Of a stretch of 64,000 nt of DNA, positions 37,051 through 47,469 are shown one piece after another. The number at the start of each line of letters is the position of its first letter. Position 1 is the first letter of the stretch. Where the stretch lies: contig CAVXZF010000007.1 in the NCBI GenBank assembly GCA_963766325.1, forward strand, positions 1,191,794 to 1,255,793. Reading direction: 5' to 3'. The translations under genes and the position numbers were made by a program. The DNA is from an uncultured Actinomycetota bacterium (GTDB lineage Bacteria > Actinomycetota > Actinomycetes > Mycobacteriales > CADCTP01). The notes beneath the pieces are model-generated. The model saw only the letters and a program-made list of their open reading frames with translations, was not told the origin of the DNA and did not search any database.

Positions 37051-38608
37051 GGAGGCGGGCCTTGGCGACCTTGCCGGTGGCGGAGTGGGGGAGCTCGGGG
37101 ACGAAAGTGACGGATGAGGGCAGCTTGAAGCGGGCGAGCGAGCCGGCAGCCCAGTCGAGCAGGCCGGCTTGGGTGAGGGACGCGCCGGGGCGGAGCACCA
37201 CGTACGCGAGCACCGTCTCGTCGCCCCGGTCCGGCTCCGCCCGGCCGAGCACGGCGGTCTCCAGCACGTCCGGGTGGCCGGTGAGCACGGCCTCCACCTC
37301 GGCCGGGTAGACGTTGAACCCGCTGACCAGGATCAGGTCCTTGCGCCGGTCGACCAGATACAGGTCGCCGTCGTCGTCGGCGTACGCCACGTCGCCGGTG
37401 GACCACCAGCCCTCGCCGTCCGGCCCCTCGGCGCCGTCCGGCCAGTAGCCGGAGAAGAGGTTGGGCCCGCGGACCTGGATCTCGCCCGGGTCGCCGTCGA
37501 TCTCCGGGTCGTCGTCGTCCGGCTCGCCGTCGCCGGCCAGCCGCAGCTCGACCCCGGGCAGCGCCCGCCCGACCGAGCCCGGCTTGGGGTCGCCGCCCAT
37601 CAGGGTCGAGGTGAGCGCCGGCGCGGTCTCGGTCAGCCCGTAGCCCTCCCACACCGTGACGCCGGCGGAGCCGAAGCGCTCCAGCACGGCCGGCGGCAGC
37701 GGCGCGGCCCCCGACAGCGCGAGCCGCACGCTGGCAAATCCCGCGGCCAGGCCCGGCTGGTCGGCCCACTGCAGGTACATCGCGGGCACCGCGGGCACGT
37801 TGGTCACCCGGTAGCGGGCCATCAGCTCCAGCGACCCGGCCGCGTCGAACGAGTCGACCAGCACCCCGGTCGCCCCGGCCCAGGCGAGCATGCCCAGGGC
37901 CGGGTTCAGCCCGTACGCGTGGAAGAGCGGGATGGCCAGCAGCAGCACGTCCGCCGGGGTGACCACGGTGGGCCGGATAGCGCCGCACTGCTCGAGGTTG
38001 GCCAGCAGCGCCCGGTGGGACAGCATCGCGCCGCGCGGCCGGCCGCTGGTGCCGCTGGTGTAGAGCAGCACCGCCAGCTCTTCGGCGGAGGCGGGCCGGT
38101 GCCGGGCGGCCGGGTCGGGCGTCGCGTCGGCCAGCAGCCCGGGCAGCGGCACGGTGCCGTCCGGCCCGGACGGCGCCGCGACCACGACGTGCTCGAGCGC
38201 GGGCGCCTCCGCGCGCAGCCCATCGGCCGCCGAGATCACCTGCACCGACGAGGTGGCCAGGGCGCGGGCGCCGGAGTCGGCCAGCAGGTGGCCCAGCTCG
38301 CGACCGGTGTAGCCGGTGTTGGCCGGCACCGCGACCAGCCCGGCCCGCAGCGCGCCCGCGTACAGCACCGGGAAGTCGGGGGTGTTGCCGAGCTGGAGCA
38401 CGACCCGGTCGCCGGGGTCCAGGCCGAGCCCGCGCAGCGCGGCGGCCGCCCGGTCGACCCGCTCGTCGAGCTCGGCCCAGGTGAGCCGGAACCCGTCGTG
38501 CACCAGGGCGAGGTGCTCGGGGTCCCGCTCGGCCGCCCGATGGACGAGGTCGGCGATGGTGTGCACGTCTGCGCCGGCACGCTCCTGCATGACGGCCGAG
38601 TCTGGCAC
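37031..38608 (-). CDS. AMP-dependent acyl-CoA synthetase / long-chain fatty-acid-CoA ligase (FadD-type)
   Basis: 525 aa. AMP-binding motif [17 protein letters not shown], motif YGLTE, and the C-terminal GKV..K motif. Confidence 0.9.
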   Translation of the reverse strand: MPDSAVMQERAGADVHTIADLVHRAAERDPEHLALVHDGFRLTWAELDERVDRAAAALRGLGLDPGDRVVLQLGNTPDFPVLYAGALRAGLVAVPANTGYTGRELGHLLADSGARALATSSVQVISAADGLRAEAPALEHVVVAAPSGPDGTVPLPGLLADATPDPAARHRPASAEELAVLLYTSGTSGRPRGAMLSHRALLANLEQCGAIRPTVVTPADVLLLAIPLFHAYGLNPALGMLAWAGATGVLVDSFDAAGSLELMARYRVTNVPAVPAMYLQWADQPGLAAGFASVRLALSGAAPLPPAVLERFGSAGVTVWEGYGLTETAPALTSTLMGGDPKPGSVGRALPGVELRLAGDGEPDDDDPEIDGDPGEIQVRGPNLFSGYWPDGAEGPDGEGWWSTGDVAYADDDGDLYLVDRRKDLILVSGFNVYPAEVEAVLTGHPDVLETAVLGRAEPDRGDETVLAYVVLRPGASLTQAGLLDWAAGSLARFKLPSSVTFVPELPHSATGKVAKARLRESSAD

Positions 38609-38875
38609 ATCCCGTCCCGGGTTATCGCATGCGGTACTGTTCGCGCCCGTGACTTAGCGTGCAAAGTAGCGCACGAAAAGTGGTCGCAGGATGGCGAGCA
38701 ACACCGGTGCCGCTGCCGGGAGGGCTGTGCACGCTGGCCGACCTGCCGGGCCTGCTGGACGGCCTGCGGGGCAGCCTCGGCCTGGGCGGCTGAGTCCACC
38801 GACCGGTCGGGCCGGCGGGCGCAGCGGCTAGTCTCGGGCGGGACCGCGCCCGACCGAGGAGGGGACAGCGACTCC

Positions 38876-39760
38876 GTGGCCCGCCTGAAGCTCCGCTCCC
38901 GGGACAGCCGGGAGGCACGGGCCGTCCTGGCCGGCACCGCGTCCGCCGCGGTGGCCGAGGTCGAGGCGGCGCTGTCGGTGCCGCCCGACCCGTCCGCCGG
39001 CGCCTTCTTCGACGTGGACAACACGGTGATCGCCGGCGCGTCGATCTACCACTTCGCCCGCGGGCTGGCCGCCCGCAAGTTCTTCTCCTCCCGGGACCTC
39101 GCCGACTTCGCCTGGCAGCAGGTCAAGTTCCGGGTCGGCGGCCGGGAGAGCGTGGAGAACATGATGACCGCCCGCGAGGCGGCGCTCGCCTTCGTGGCCG
39201 GCAAGCGGGTGGACGAGATCGTCGCGCTCGGCGAGGACATCTACGACGAGCTGATGGCCGAGCGGATCTGGTCGGGCACCCGGGCGCTGGCCCAGCTGCA
39301 CCTGGACGAGGGCCAGCGGGTCTGGCTGGTCACCGCCACGCCGGTCGAGCTGGCCTCGATCATCGCCCGCCGGCTGGGCTTCACCGGCGCGCTCGGCACG
39401 GTCTCCGAGGTGGTGGACGGCGTCTACACCGGGCGGCTGGTCGGCGAGCCGCTGCACGGCGCGGCCAAGGCGGCCGCGGTCATCGCGCTCGCCGACCGGG
39501 AGGGGCTCGACCTGGCCCGGTGCACGGCGTACAGCGACTCGATCAACGACCTGCCGATGCTGACCACGGTGGGCACCGCGGTGGCGGTCAACCCCGACTC
39601 CGCGCTGCGGATGGAGGCCCGCGCCCGCGGCTGGCCGGTGCGGGACTTCCGGACCGGGCGCAAGGCGGCGAAGATCGGCGTGCCGACCGCGCTCGGGATC
39701 GGTGCGGTCGGCGGCGGCGTCGCCACCGCGCTGGCGCTGCGCCGCCGCCGCCACCCCTGA
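38876..39760 (+). CDS. HAD-IB family hydrolase (SerB-like phosphatase) with a C-terminal TM segment
   Basis: Motif [10 protein letters not shown] and motif [17 protein letters not shown] at 38876 after GAGGAGGGGA. Only the last 294 codons of the 863-aa track ORF are credible. Confidence 0.85.
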   Translation: MARLKLRSRDSREARAVLAGTASAAVAEVEAALSVPPDPSAGAFFDVDNTVIAGASIYHFARGLAARKFFSSRDLADFAWQQVKFRVGGRESVENMMTAREAALAFVAGKRVDEIVALGEDIYDELMAERIWSGTRALAQLHLDEGQRVWLVTATPVELASIIARRLGFTGALGTVSEVVDGVYTGRLVGEPLHGAAKAAAVIALADREGLDLARCTAYSDSINDLPMLTTVGTAVAVNPDSALRMEARARGWPVRDFRTGRKAAKIGVPTALGIGAVGGGVATALALRRRRHP

Positions 39761-39788
39761 CGGTGGCCGCCGGGGTCGGCGGCCACCG
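39761..39788. terminator. 11-bp GC hairpin between the convergent HAD and MMPL genes
   Basis: CGGTGGCCGCC (39761-39771), a 6-nt loop, then GGCGGCCACCG (39778-39788). Confidence 0.65.
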
Positions 39789-39797
39789 TCCGTGCGC

Positions 39798-41996
39798 TCA
39801 GCTCAAAGCCGGCTCCAGCACCCGCGGCGGCGCGGCGGGCGGCTCGGGCGCGGCGCCGTGGTCGTCCGTCCCCTCGATCCGGACCCGCGGCAGCACCCGG
39901 TCCAGCCAGCCCGGCAGCCACCAGGTGGCCCGGCCGAGCAGCTGCATCACCGCCGGCACCAGCACGAGCCGGACGATCGTCGCGTCGATCAGGATCGCGG
40001 CCGCCATCCCGACCCCGATCACCTTGAGGAACACCACCGGGCTCGGCACGAAGGCGGCGAACACCGCGATCATGATCGCCGCGGCGGCGGTGACCACCCG
40101 CGCGGTGACGGCGAGCCCGCCGGCCACGCTGGCCGAGTTGTCGCCGGTCCGCAGCCACTGCTCCCGGATCCGGGTTACCAGGAAGACCTCGTAGTCCATG
40201 GACAGCCCGAAGAGCACCGCGAACATGAGCACCGGCACGAAGGCCGGCAGCGGGGTCTCGGTGTCGATCCCGATCAGCTGCCCGGCCCAGCCGCCCTGCA
40301 GGACCAGCGCGACGATCCCGTACGCCGCGCCGAGCGACAGCAGGTTGAGCACCGCGGCCTTGATCGCGACCGCGACGCTGCGGAAGACCATCAGCAGCAG
40401 CAGGAACGACAGCCCGACGACGCCCCCGACCAGCAGCGGCAGCCGGGAGGCGGTGTCGTCGGTGGAGTCGATGCCGGCCGCGGTGACGCCGCCGATGTGC
40501 ACGCCGGTGCCGGCGACCTCCGCGCGCAGGGTGCGGACCAGCTGCTTGGTCTCCTCGGACTGCGGGCTGGTGGTGGGCACCACGGTCATGACCGCCGTGT
40601 CCCCGGCCGGGTTGGCCTGCGGCGGGCTGACCGCGGCCACGCCCGGGGTGGCGGCGATGCCGTCCCGCAGCCCGGCCAGCTCGCCGGTGCCGGCGGCGGA
40701 CACCAGCAGCAGCGGGCCGTTCGCGCCCGGGCCGAAGCCGGCGCCGAGCATGTCGTACGCCTGCCGGCTGGAGGTGCCGGCGCGGTCGTTGCCGGCGTCG
40801 GGGAAGCCGTACCGGACGCCGAGGAAGGGCAGCGCCAGCACACCGAGCACGATCACGCCGGCGGTGAGCGCGGTCCACGGGCGGCGCTGCACCACCCGGC
40901 TCCAGCGGGCGCCGAGCCCGGAGGCGGTGCCGGCGGCCGCCCGGCGCAGGCCGGGTACACGCAGCCGGTCGATCCGCCGGCCGGCGAAGCCGAGCAGCGC
41001 CGGCAGCAGGGTGACCGAGGCGAGCATGACGACGCCGACGGCGATGATGGTGACCACGGCGGCGCCGCGCATCGCGGTCAGCCCCATCGCGAAGAGCCCG
41101 AGCAGGCTGACCACCACCGTGCTGCCGGCGACCAGCACGGCCCGGCCGGCGGTGTCCGCGGTCGCCATCGTGGCCCCCCGCGGGTCCAGGCCGCGGGCCA
41201 GGAACTCCCGGTAGCGGGTCACCATCAGCAGCACGTAGTCCACCCCGACGCCGATGCCCATCATCGCGGCCAGCGAGGTCGACCACTCCGGCACGTCGAT
41301 CACCGCGGCGACCACGCCGACCAGCGAGGCGCTCACCCCGAGCCCGACGACCGCGACCAGGATCGGCAGCCCGGCGGCGACGACCGAGCCGAAGACGAGC
41401 AGCAGGATGACGGCCGCGGCGGCCAGCCCGATCCCCTCGGAGCCGATCTCGCCCTGCTGGGCCACCTGGACCACCTGGCCGCCGGCGGCGACCTGGAGGC
41501 CCGGCCGCTCCGCGTCCTCGACCAGGGCGAGGATCCGCTCGGTGTCGGCGACCGGCATCGCGTCCGGGTTCTCGGCGTCCAGCCGGACCGACGCCCGCAG
41601 CGTGGTCCCGTCCGCGGAGACCGCGCCGGGCGTCCCGTACGGGCTCGCCACGTCCCGCACGTGCGGCACGGCGGCGATCCCGGCGAGCAGTCGCTCCACC
41701 TCGGCCCGTACGGCCGGCGCGGTGACCGGGCCCGACTCCGACCGGACGACGACGTCGAGCTGCTCGCCGGACTGCGCCGGGAAGCGCTCGGCGAGCAGCT
41801 CCTGGGCGGCCCGCGAGTCCGAGCCGCGGGCGGTGTAGTCGGCCCGGAACTCGCCGCTGGCCACGGTGGACAGCCCGACGGCGGCGGCCACCGCGACGAG
41901 CCAGAGGACGACGACCAGCACGCGGTGCCGGTGCGCGGTGCCGGCGAGGCGTCCGAGGGCGCCCACCCGCGGTTCGGTGTTCGGGTCCGGGAACAT
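39798..41996 (-). CDS. MMPL-family (RND superfamily) membrane transporter, paralog A
   Basis: 732 aa with 12 predicted TM helices in two 6-TM bundles and two extracytoplasmic loops. The MMPL signature GIGVGVDYVLLMVTRYRE appears in both halves. AGGAGGC RBS. Confidence 0.92.
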   Translation of the reverse strand: MFPDPNTEPRVGALGRLAGTAHRHRVLVVVLWLVAVAAAVGLSTVASGEFRADYTARGSDSRAAQELLAERFPAQSGEQLDVVVRSESGPVTAPAVRAEVERLLAGIAAVPHVRDVASPYGTPGAVSADGTTLRASVRLDAENPDAMPVADTERILALVEDAERPGLQVAAGGQVVQVAQQGEIGSEGIGLAAAAVILLLVFGSVVAAGLPILVAVVGLGVSASLVGVVAAVIDVPEWSTSLAAMMGIGVGVDYVLLMVTRYREFLARGLDPRGATMATADTAGRAVLVAGSTVVVSLLGLFAMGLTAMRGAAVVTIIAVGVVMLASVTLLPALLGFAGRRIDRLRVPGLRRAAAGTASGLGARWSRVVQRRPWTALTAGVIVLGVLALPFLGVRYGFPDAGNDRAGTSSRQAYDMLGAGFGPGANGPLLLVSAAGTGELAGLRDGIAATPGVAAVSPPQANPAGDTAVMTVVPTTSPQSEETKQLVRTLRAEVAGTGVHIGGVTAAGIDSTDDTASRLPLLVGGVVGLSFLLLLMVFRSVAVAIKAAVLNLLSLGAAYGIVALVLQGGWAGQLIGIDTETPLPAFVPVLMFAVLFGLSMDYEVFLVTRIREQWLRTGDNSASVAGGLAVTARVVTAAAAIMIAVFAAFVPSPVVFLKVIGVGMAAAILIDATIVRLVLVPAVMQLLGRATWWLPGWLDRVLPRVRIEGTDDHGAAPEPPAAPPRVLEPALS

Positions 41997-42124
41997 GCTT
42001 GCCTCCTGTTACGACTCTTCGCAGCGCGATGAGCCATAGCGAAAGGCAAGGCCCGTAACATTGTCAAGAGGCTTTGCTGATGGAACGCTGAGAACGGGTA
42101 CCGACCAGGCGGAGGTGGAGGTCG

Positions 42125-42865
42125 ATGCAGACCCGTCGCGAGGCGACCCGCGAGGCGACCATCCGGGAGATCAAGCAGACCGCGCTGGCCCGGATGCGCA
42201 CCGAGGGCACCGTCGAGGTACGGCTCTCCGACGTGGCCCGGGACATGCGGATGTCCGCCCCGGGGCTCTACCGCTACTTCGACGGCCGGGAAGGGCTGAT
42301 CACCGCGCTCGTCATCGACGCCCTGACCGAGCTGGCCGTCCAGGTCGAGCAGGCGCGGGACTCGGTGCCGGCCGGCGACCCGGGCGGTCGCTTCCTCGCC
42401 GTGGCCCGGGCGTACCGGTCCTGGGCGCTGGCGGACCCGCAGGGCTTCACGCTGGTCTTCGGGCCGCCGCTGGCCGGGGTGGCCCGGGGGCACCAGGAGA
42501 ACGCGGACGACCCCGGCAAGGCCGCGGCGATGCGGGCCATGGAGGGCCTGCGCAGCCTGATCCGCGAGGCCGAGGAGGCCGGCACCCGGCGACCCCGGCC
42601 GCTGCGGGTGCCGCCGCTGGTGGCGGAGGCCTTCTCCGACAAGGTGCTGCACGGCGCCGACCCGGCCACCGAGGTCGCCCTGGTGCACACCTGGGCGGCG
42701 CTGCACGGTCAGGTCACGCTGGAGGCGTACGGCAACCTCAGCTGGCACGGGCCTGAGGTGCAGGAGTCGCTCTTCCTGGGCCTGGTGCGCATGCTCAGCG
42801 AGGCGATGGGCCTGCCCGACCCCGTCGACGGCTGGCCCGAGGGCACCCCGCTGCCGGCCTCATAG
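42125..42865 (+). CDS. TetR-family transcriptional regulator
   Basis: N-terminal HTH REATIREIKQTALARMRTEG...VRLSDVARDMRMSAPGLYRYF. Divergent from MMPL-A. GGAGGTGGAGG RBS. Confidence 0.9.
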   Translation: MQTRREATREATIREIKQTALARMRTEGTVEVRLSDVARDMRMSAPGLYRYFDGREGLITALVIDALTELAVQVEQARDSVPAGDPGGRFLAVARAYRSWALADPQGFTLVFGPPLAGVARGHQENADDPGKAAAMRAMEGLRSLIREAEEAGTRRPRPLRVPPLVAEAFSDKVLHGADPATEVALVHTWAALHGQVTLEAYGNLSWHGPEVQESLFLGLVRMLSEAMGLPDPVDGWPEGTPLPAS

Positions 42866-42871
42866 CCGAGC

Positions 42872-42901
42872 GGGGGTGGTCGCCGACCGGCGACCACCCC
42901 C
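42872..42901. terminator. Perfect 12-bp GC hairpin between the convergent TetR and MMPL-B genes
   Basis: GGGGGTGGTCGC (42872-42883), a 6-nt loop, then GCGACCACCCCC (42890-42901). Confidence 0.7.
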
Positions 42902-42908
42902 GTCACGC

Positions 42909-45098
42909 TCAGCCGAGCGCCGGCTCCGGCGCCCGCTCCCGCGGCGGCTCGGGCGCGGCGCCGTGGTCGCCGGCGCCCTCGACGTGCACCCGGGGCAGCA
43001 CCCGGTCCAGCCAGCCCGGCAGCCACCAGGTGGCCCGGCCGAGCAGCTGCATCACCGCCGGCACCAGCACCATCCGGACGACCGTCGCGTCGATCAGGAT
43101 CGCGGCGGCCAGTCCGACGCCGATGACCTTGAGGAACACCACCGGGCTCGGCACGAAGGCGGCGAACACCGCGATCATGATCGCCGCGGCGGCGGTGACC
43201 ACCCGGGCGGTCGCGGCCAGGCCCTCGGTCACGCTGCGCTTGTTGTCCCCGGTGGCCACCCAGCGCTCCCGGATCCGGGTGAGCAGGAAGACCTCGTAGT
43301 CCATCGACAGGCCGAAGAGCACCGCGAACATCAGCACCGGGATGAACACCGGCAGCGGTGTCTCGGTGTCGATCCCGATCAGCTGCCCGGCCCAGCCGCC
43401 CTCCAGCACCAGCGCCACCACGCCGTACGCGGCGCCGAGGGACAGCAGGTTGAGCACCGCCGCCTTGACCGCGACCGCGACGCTGCGGAAGACCATCAGC
43501 AGCAGCAGGAACGACAGCCCGACGACACCGCCGATGAGCAGCGGCAGCCGGTCCACGGTGTCCTCGGTGGAGTCGATCCCGATCGCGGTGACCCCGCCGA
43601 TGCGTACGCCGGTGCCGGCGACTTCTTCGCGCAGGGTGCGGACCAGCTGCTTGGTCTCCTCCGACTGCGGGCTGGTGGTGGGCACCACGGTCATGACCGC
43701 CGTGTCGCCGGCCTGGTTGGCCTGCGGCGGGGACACCGCGGCGACCCCCGGGGTCTCGGTGATCCGCTGCCGGACCGCCTCCAGCGCGGCCGGCGAGCCG
43801 TCCGAGACCAGCAGCAGCGGACCGGCACCGCCGGGGCCGAAGCCGTCGGCGAGCATGTCGTACGCCTGCCGGGTGGTGGTGCCGACCTTGTCGTTGCCGG
43901 CGTCGGGGAAGCCGTAGCGGACGCCGAGCAGCGGGGCGGCCAGCACGCCGAGCACGATCACGCCGGCGGCCAGCGCGACCCACGGGCGGCGCTGCACGGC
44001 ACCGGCCCAGCGGGCGGCGAACCCGCCGCCCGGGTTCCGGCTGGCGCGGCGCAGGCCGGGCAGCCGCAGCCGGTCGATCCGGTGCCCGACGAAGCCGAGC
44101 AGCGCCGGCAGCAGGGTGACCGTGGCGGCCATCACGACGAGGACGGCGAGGATCGTCACCACCGCCGCGCCCCGCATGGCGCTCAGCCCCATGGCGAACA
44201 GCCCGAGCAGGCTGACCACGACCGTGGTGCCCGCGACCAGGACGGCACGGCCGGAGGTGTCCGCGGTGGCCATCGTGGCGGCGCGCGGGTCGAGCCCGCG
44301 GGCAAGGTATTCCCGGTAGCGGGTGACCATCAGCAGCACGTAGTCGACGCCGACGCCGATCCCCATCATGGTGGCCAGCGCGGTGGTCCACTCCGGCACG
44401 TCGATGGCCGCGGCGATCACGCCGACCAGCGAGGAGCTGATGGCGAGGCCGATGATCGCGACCAGGATGGGCAGCCCGGCGGCCACCAGCGAACCGAAGA
44501 CCAGCAGCAGGATGACCGTCGCGACGGCGAGCCCGATGCCCTCCGAGCCGACCGCTCCGCGGTCCGCCAGCTGCACGATCTCGCCGCCGAGGGCGACGTC
44601 CAGGCCCGGCTTGGCGATCTCCTTGGCCCGGTCGATGATCTCCCGGGTGTCCTCCAGTGGCACCTCGTCGGGGCTGCCGGCGTCCATCCGGACGGTCGCC
44701 CGCAACGTGCTGCTGTCCGCCGAGATCGAGCCGGGCGTCTCGTACGGGTTCTCGGCCGAGCGGACCTGCGGCAGCGCCGCGATGTCCGCCATCAGACCGG
44801 TCACCTCGGACCGGACGGCCGGGTCGGTGACCGGGCCGGCGGTGGAGCGGACCACGATGTCCAGCGGCTCGCCGGTCAGCTCCGGGAAGCGGTCGGCCAG
44901 CAGCTCCTGCGCGGCCCGGGAGTCCGACCCGGGCGCGGTGTAGTCCGCTCGGAAGGTCCCGGAGACGGCGCTGGACAGGCCGATCGCCGCGGCCACCGCG
45001 ACCAGCCAGAGGACGACGACCAGGCCTCGTCGGCGGTGCGCGGACCCGGCCAGCCGGCCGAGCACACCCACCCTCGGCTCGGTGCGGGGGTCGGACAT
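42909..45098 (-). CDS. MMPL-family (RND superfamily) membrane transporter, paralog B
   Basis: 729 aa, collinear with paralog A (77 of the first 100 aligned residues identical by hand count). AAGGAG RBS. Confidence 0.92.
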   Translation of the reverse strand: MSDPRTEPRVGVLGRLAGSAHRRRGLVVVLWLVAVAAAIGLSSAVSGTFRADYTAPGSDSRAAQELLADRFPELTGEPLDIVVRSTAGPVTDPAVRSEVTGLMADIAALPQVRSAENPYETPGSISADSSTLRATVRMDAGSPDEVPLEDTREIIDRAKEIAKPGLDVALGGEIVQLADRGAVGSEGIGLAVATVILLLVFGSLVAAGLPILVAIIGLAISSSLVGVIAAAIDVPEWTTALATMMGIGVGVDYVLLMVTRYREYLARGLDPRAATMATADTSGRAVLVAGTTVVVSLLGLFAMGLSAMRGAAVVTILAVLVVMAATVTLLPALLGFVGHRIDRLRLPGLRRASRNPGGGFAARWAGAVQRRPWVALAAGVIVLGVLAAPLLGVRYGFPDAGNDKVGTTTRQAYDMLADGFGPGGAGPLLLVSDGSPAALEAVRQRITETPGVAAVSPPQANQAGDTAVMTVVPTTSPQSEETKQLVRTLREEVAGTGVRIGGVTAIGIDSTEDTVDRLPLLIGGVVGLSFLLLLMVFRSVAVAVKAAVLNLLSLGAAYGVVALVLEGGWAGQLIGIDTETPLPVFIPVLMFAVLFGLSMDYEVFLLTRIRERWVATGDNKRSVTEGLAATARVVTAAAAIMIAVFAAFVPSPVVFLKVIGVGLAAAILIDATVVRMVLVPAVMQLLGRATWWLPGWLDRVLPRVHVEGAGDHGAAPEPPRERAPEPALG

Positions 45099-45252
45099 CG
45101 GGGAGCTCCTTCGTCACGACCCGTCGCGATGCGGCGGGTCAGAGCAAACAGGTACGACTGCGGGCAAGGCGCCGATACGGCACGGACCGCCCGGGAACAC
45201 TACACAGGCGACCGCGCGTCAGATCAAGCTCACGCAGGCGTTCAGAAAGAGC

Positions 45253-46365
45253 TCAGCGGAAGACGGACTGCCGCTGCAGGAGCAGCCGGTAGAGGGTCTG
45301 CTGGATCGTCTCCCGCACCTGGTCGGTGAGGTTGAAGACGAGCATCGGGTCGTCGGCGGCGTCCTCGGGCAGCTCCGCGGTGCCGATCGGCTCGCCGAAC
45401 TCGATGAGCCACTTGGACGGCAGCGGGACCAGCCCGAGCGGGCCGAGCAGCGGGAAGGTCGGGGTGATCGGCACGTACGGCACGCCCAGCAGCCGGGCCA
45501 GCGTCCGGGCGTTGCCGAGCATCGGGTAGATCTCCTCGGCCCCGACGATCGAGCACGGGATGATCGGCACCCGGGTGCGCAGCGCGGCCGAGACGAAGCC
45601 CCCGCGGCCGAAGCGCTGCAGCTTGTAGCGGTCGGCGTACGGCTTCCCGATGCCCTTGAAGCCCTCCGGCCAGACCCCGACGAGCTCGCCCGCCCCGAGC
45701 AGCCGCTCCGCGTCCGGGTTGCAGGCCAGCGTCTGCCCGGACTTGCGGGCCAGCGGGCCGAGCGCGGGCGTGCGGAAGACCAGGTCGGCGCCGAGCATCC
45801 GCAGCGGGCGGTGGGCCGGGTGGTGGTCGAGCAGGGCGAGCGCGGTCATCACCGCGTCCAGCGGCAGGGTGCCGGAGTGGTTGGCGACCACCAGCGCGCC
45901 GCCGGTGGACGGCACGTGCTGCAGGCCGGTCGCCTCGACCCGGAACCACTTCTCGTACAGCGGGCGGAACGGCGGGGCGAGCAGGTGCTCGGTGAGGTCC
46001 CGGTCGAAGCCGAAGTCGTCGACCTCGTAGTCGCCGGTGATCCGGCGGCGCAGGAAGGCGAGACCGCCGGCGATCCGGCGCTCCCAGGTGGTCTCGGTCC
46101 GCCCCGGCGGATCACCCGCCCCGGCCGTCCCGCCCGGACCGGCGGTCCCGCCCGGGCCGGTGGTCTCGCCCGGGCCGGTGGTCTCGTGGGTCGGCGGGTC
46201 GGTCTGTGCTTCCGGACCGGTCGCCGCGGGCTCGGGTGCGGGGGCCTCCGGCTCGACCGGGCGGGGGCGGCGGCGGGCGGCGCCGGCCGAGCGGGCCGAC
46301 GGGCGGCGCCCCGACCCGCCGTCCCCGTGCAGCGGGATCACCCGCGCGTCACCCACGGCCGCCAC
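45253..46365 (-). CDS. PlsC/LPLAT-family acyltransferase with a Pro/Gly/Thr-rich N-terminal extension
   Basis: Acyltransferase core ...GGALVVANHSGTLPLDAVM...FKGIGKPY...VPIIPCSIVGAEE. The start is either the GTG at 46365 (17-nt overlap with the epimerase gene) or the GTG at 46341. Confidence 0.82.
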   Translation of the reverse strand: MAAVGDARVIPLHGDGGSGRRPSARSAGAARRRPRPVEPEAPAPEPAATGPEAQTDPPTHETTGPGETTGPGGTAGPGGTAGAGDPPGRTETTWERRIAGGLAFLRRRITGDYEVDDFGFDRDLTEHLLAPPFRPLYEKWFRVEATGLQHVPSTGGALVVANHSGTLPLDAVMTALALLDHHPAHRPLRMLGADLVFRTPALGPLARKSGQTLACNPDAERLLGAGELVGVWPEGFKGIGKPYADRYKLQRFGRGGFVSAALRTRVPIIPCSIVGAEEIYPMLGNARTLARLLGVPYVPITPTFPLLGPLGLVPLPSKWLIEFGEPIGTAELPEDAADDPMLVFNLTDQVRETIQQTLYRLLLQRQSVFR

Positions 46366-47416
46366 CCGGGCGGACCGTCGCGGCCGCCAGGTGCAGCGCG
46401 TCGAGCAGCCCGCGCTCGACCCGCTCGACCACGGCCTGCTGGACCAGCGGCGGCACCGTCCGGGCCCGCAGGAAGTCGTCGAACGCCTCGGCGGTGCTGT
46501 AGCGCGGCACGTACCCGAACTCGGTCCGCAGCCGCGTCGTGTCCACCACCCGGCCGAACTCCAGGAACCGCACCTGCTCGGGCGAGAAGTCGACCAGCCC
46601 GCTGCTGCGGACCGCCCGGCCGACCAGCTGCACCGCCGGGGCGGGCACCGGCACCGGCACCAGGCCGGCCCGGCGGATCAGCTGGGACAGCAGCAGCACC
46701 CCGTCGCCGCCCACGTTGAGCACGCCGGAGGTGTCGCTCAGCGTCGCCCGCCGCAGCACCTCCAGCGCATCGTCCACGTGCAGCAGCTGGACCCGCGGGT
46801 CGAAGCCGAAGACCGTCGGCACCACCGGAAGCCGCAGGTAGCGCACCAGCGGGCTGTCCACCCGCGGGCCGATGAAGTTGGTGAAGCGGAGCAGCCGCAC
46901 GGTGACGTCCGGCCGCCGCCGGGAGAAGCCCCGGACGTAGCCCTCCACCTCGACCGCGTCCTTGGCGTAGCCGGAGCGGGGCAGCGCCCGCGGCTCGGTC
47001 TCCTCGGTGAACAGCGCCGGGTCGCGGGAGGAGGAGCCGTACACCGCCGTGGTGGACTTCACCACAAGCCGCCGCACCGACGCCGACTTCTGGCAGGCGG
47101 CGAGCAGCTGCATGGTGCCGATGACGTTCATCTCCTTCATCGACGCCCGGCCGCCCGCACCCCCCGGCAGCGCCGTGATGCTCAGGTGCACGACGGTGTC
47201 CACCTGCGCGGACGCGATCACCTTGGCGATCAGCGGGTTGCGGATGTCCGCGCGGACGAAGTCGGTGCGCCCGAGCAGGGCGGCGACGTCCCGCGGCGGC
47301 GGCACGGTGTCGACACCGACCACCCGCCCGACGGCGGGGTCGGCGGCGAGCAGACCGGCGAGCCGGCCGCCCAGCGGGCGGCTGACCCCGGTGACCAGAA
47401 CCACGGCAGGTAGCAC
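46349..47416 (-). CDS. NAD-dependent epimerase/dehydratase family protein
   Basis: Rossmann N-terminus VVLVTGVSRPLGGRLAGLL and an extended SDR fold. 355 aa. Confidence 0.88.
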   Translation of the reverse strand: MLPAVVLVTGVSRPLGGRLAGLLAADPAVGRVVGVDTVPPPRDVAALLGRTDFVRADIRNPLIAKVIASAQVDTVVHLSITALPGGAGGRASMKEMNVIGTMQLLAACQKSASVRRLVVKSTTAVYGSSSRDPALFTEETEPRALPRSGYAKDAVEVEGYVRGFSRRRPDVTVRLLRFTNFIGPRVDSPLVRYLRLPVVPTVFGFDPRVQLLHVDDALEVLRRATLSDTSGVLNVGGDGVLLLSQLIRRAGLVPVPVPAPAVQLVGRAVRSSGLVDFSPEQVRFLEFGRVVDTTRLRTEFGYVPRYSTAEAFDDFLRARTVPPLVQQAVVERVERGLLDALHLAAATVRPGGGRG

Positions 47417-47469
47417 TCTTCGGCATCCCCCTCCGCGGCAGCTTCCCGGAAGGGATGGTACTCAAGTCG

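Noticed and set aside
38680-38793. 37-codon ORF ([37 protein letters not shown]) in the fadD/HAD divergent region, with fairly high GC3.
   Set aside because: There is no RBS, and the first codons have poor bias. The Gly/Leu-rich composition is what a GC-rich non-coding stretch yields by chance. It lies in a probable promoter region. I keep it only as a very low-probability candidate.
41997-42124. GTTACG (42008) / CGTAAC (42053) inverted hexamers as a possible TetR operator.
   Set aside because: The half-sites are 40 nt apart, too far for a typical TetR palindrome. The similarity to the MMPL-B upstream region is better explained by the duplication extending into the leader.
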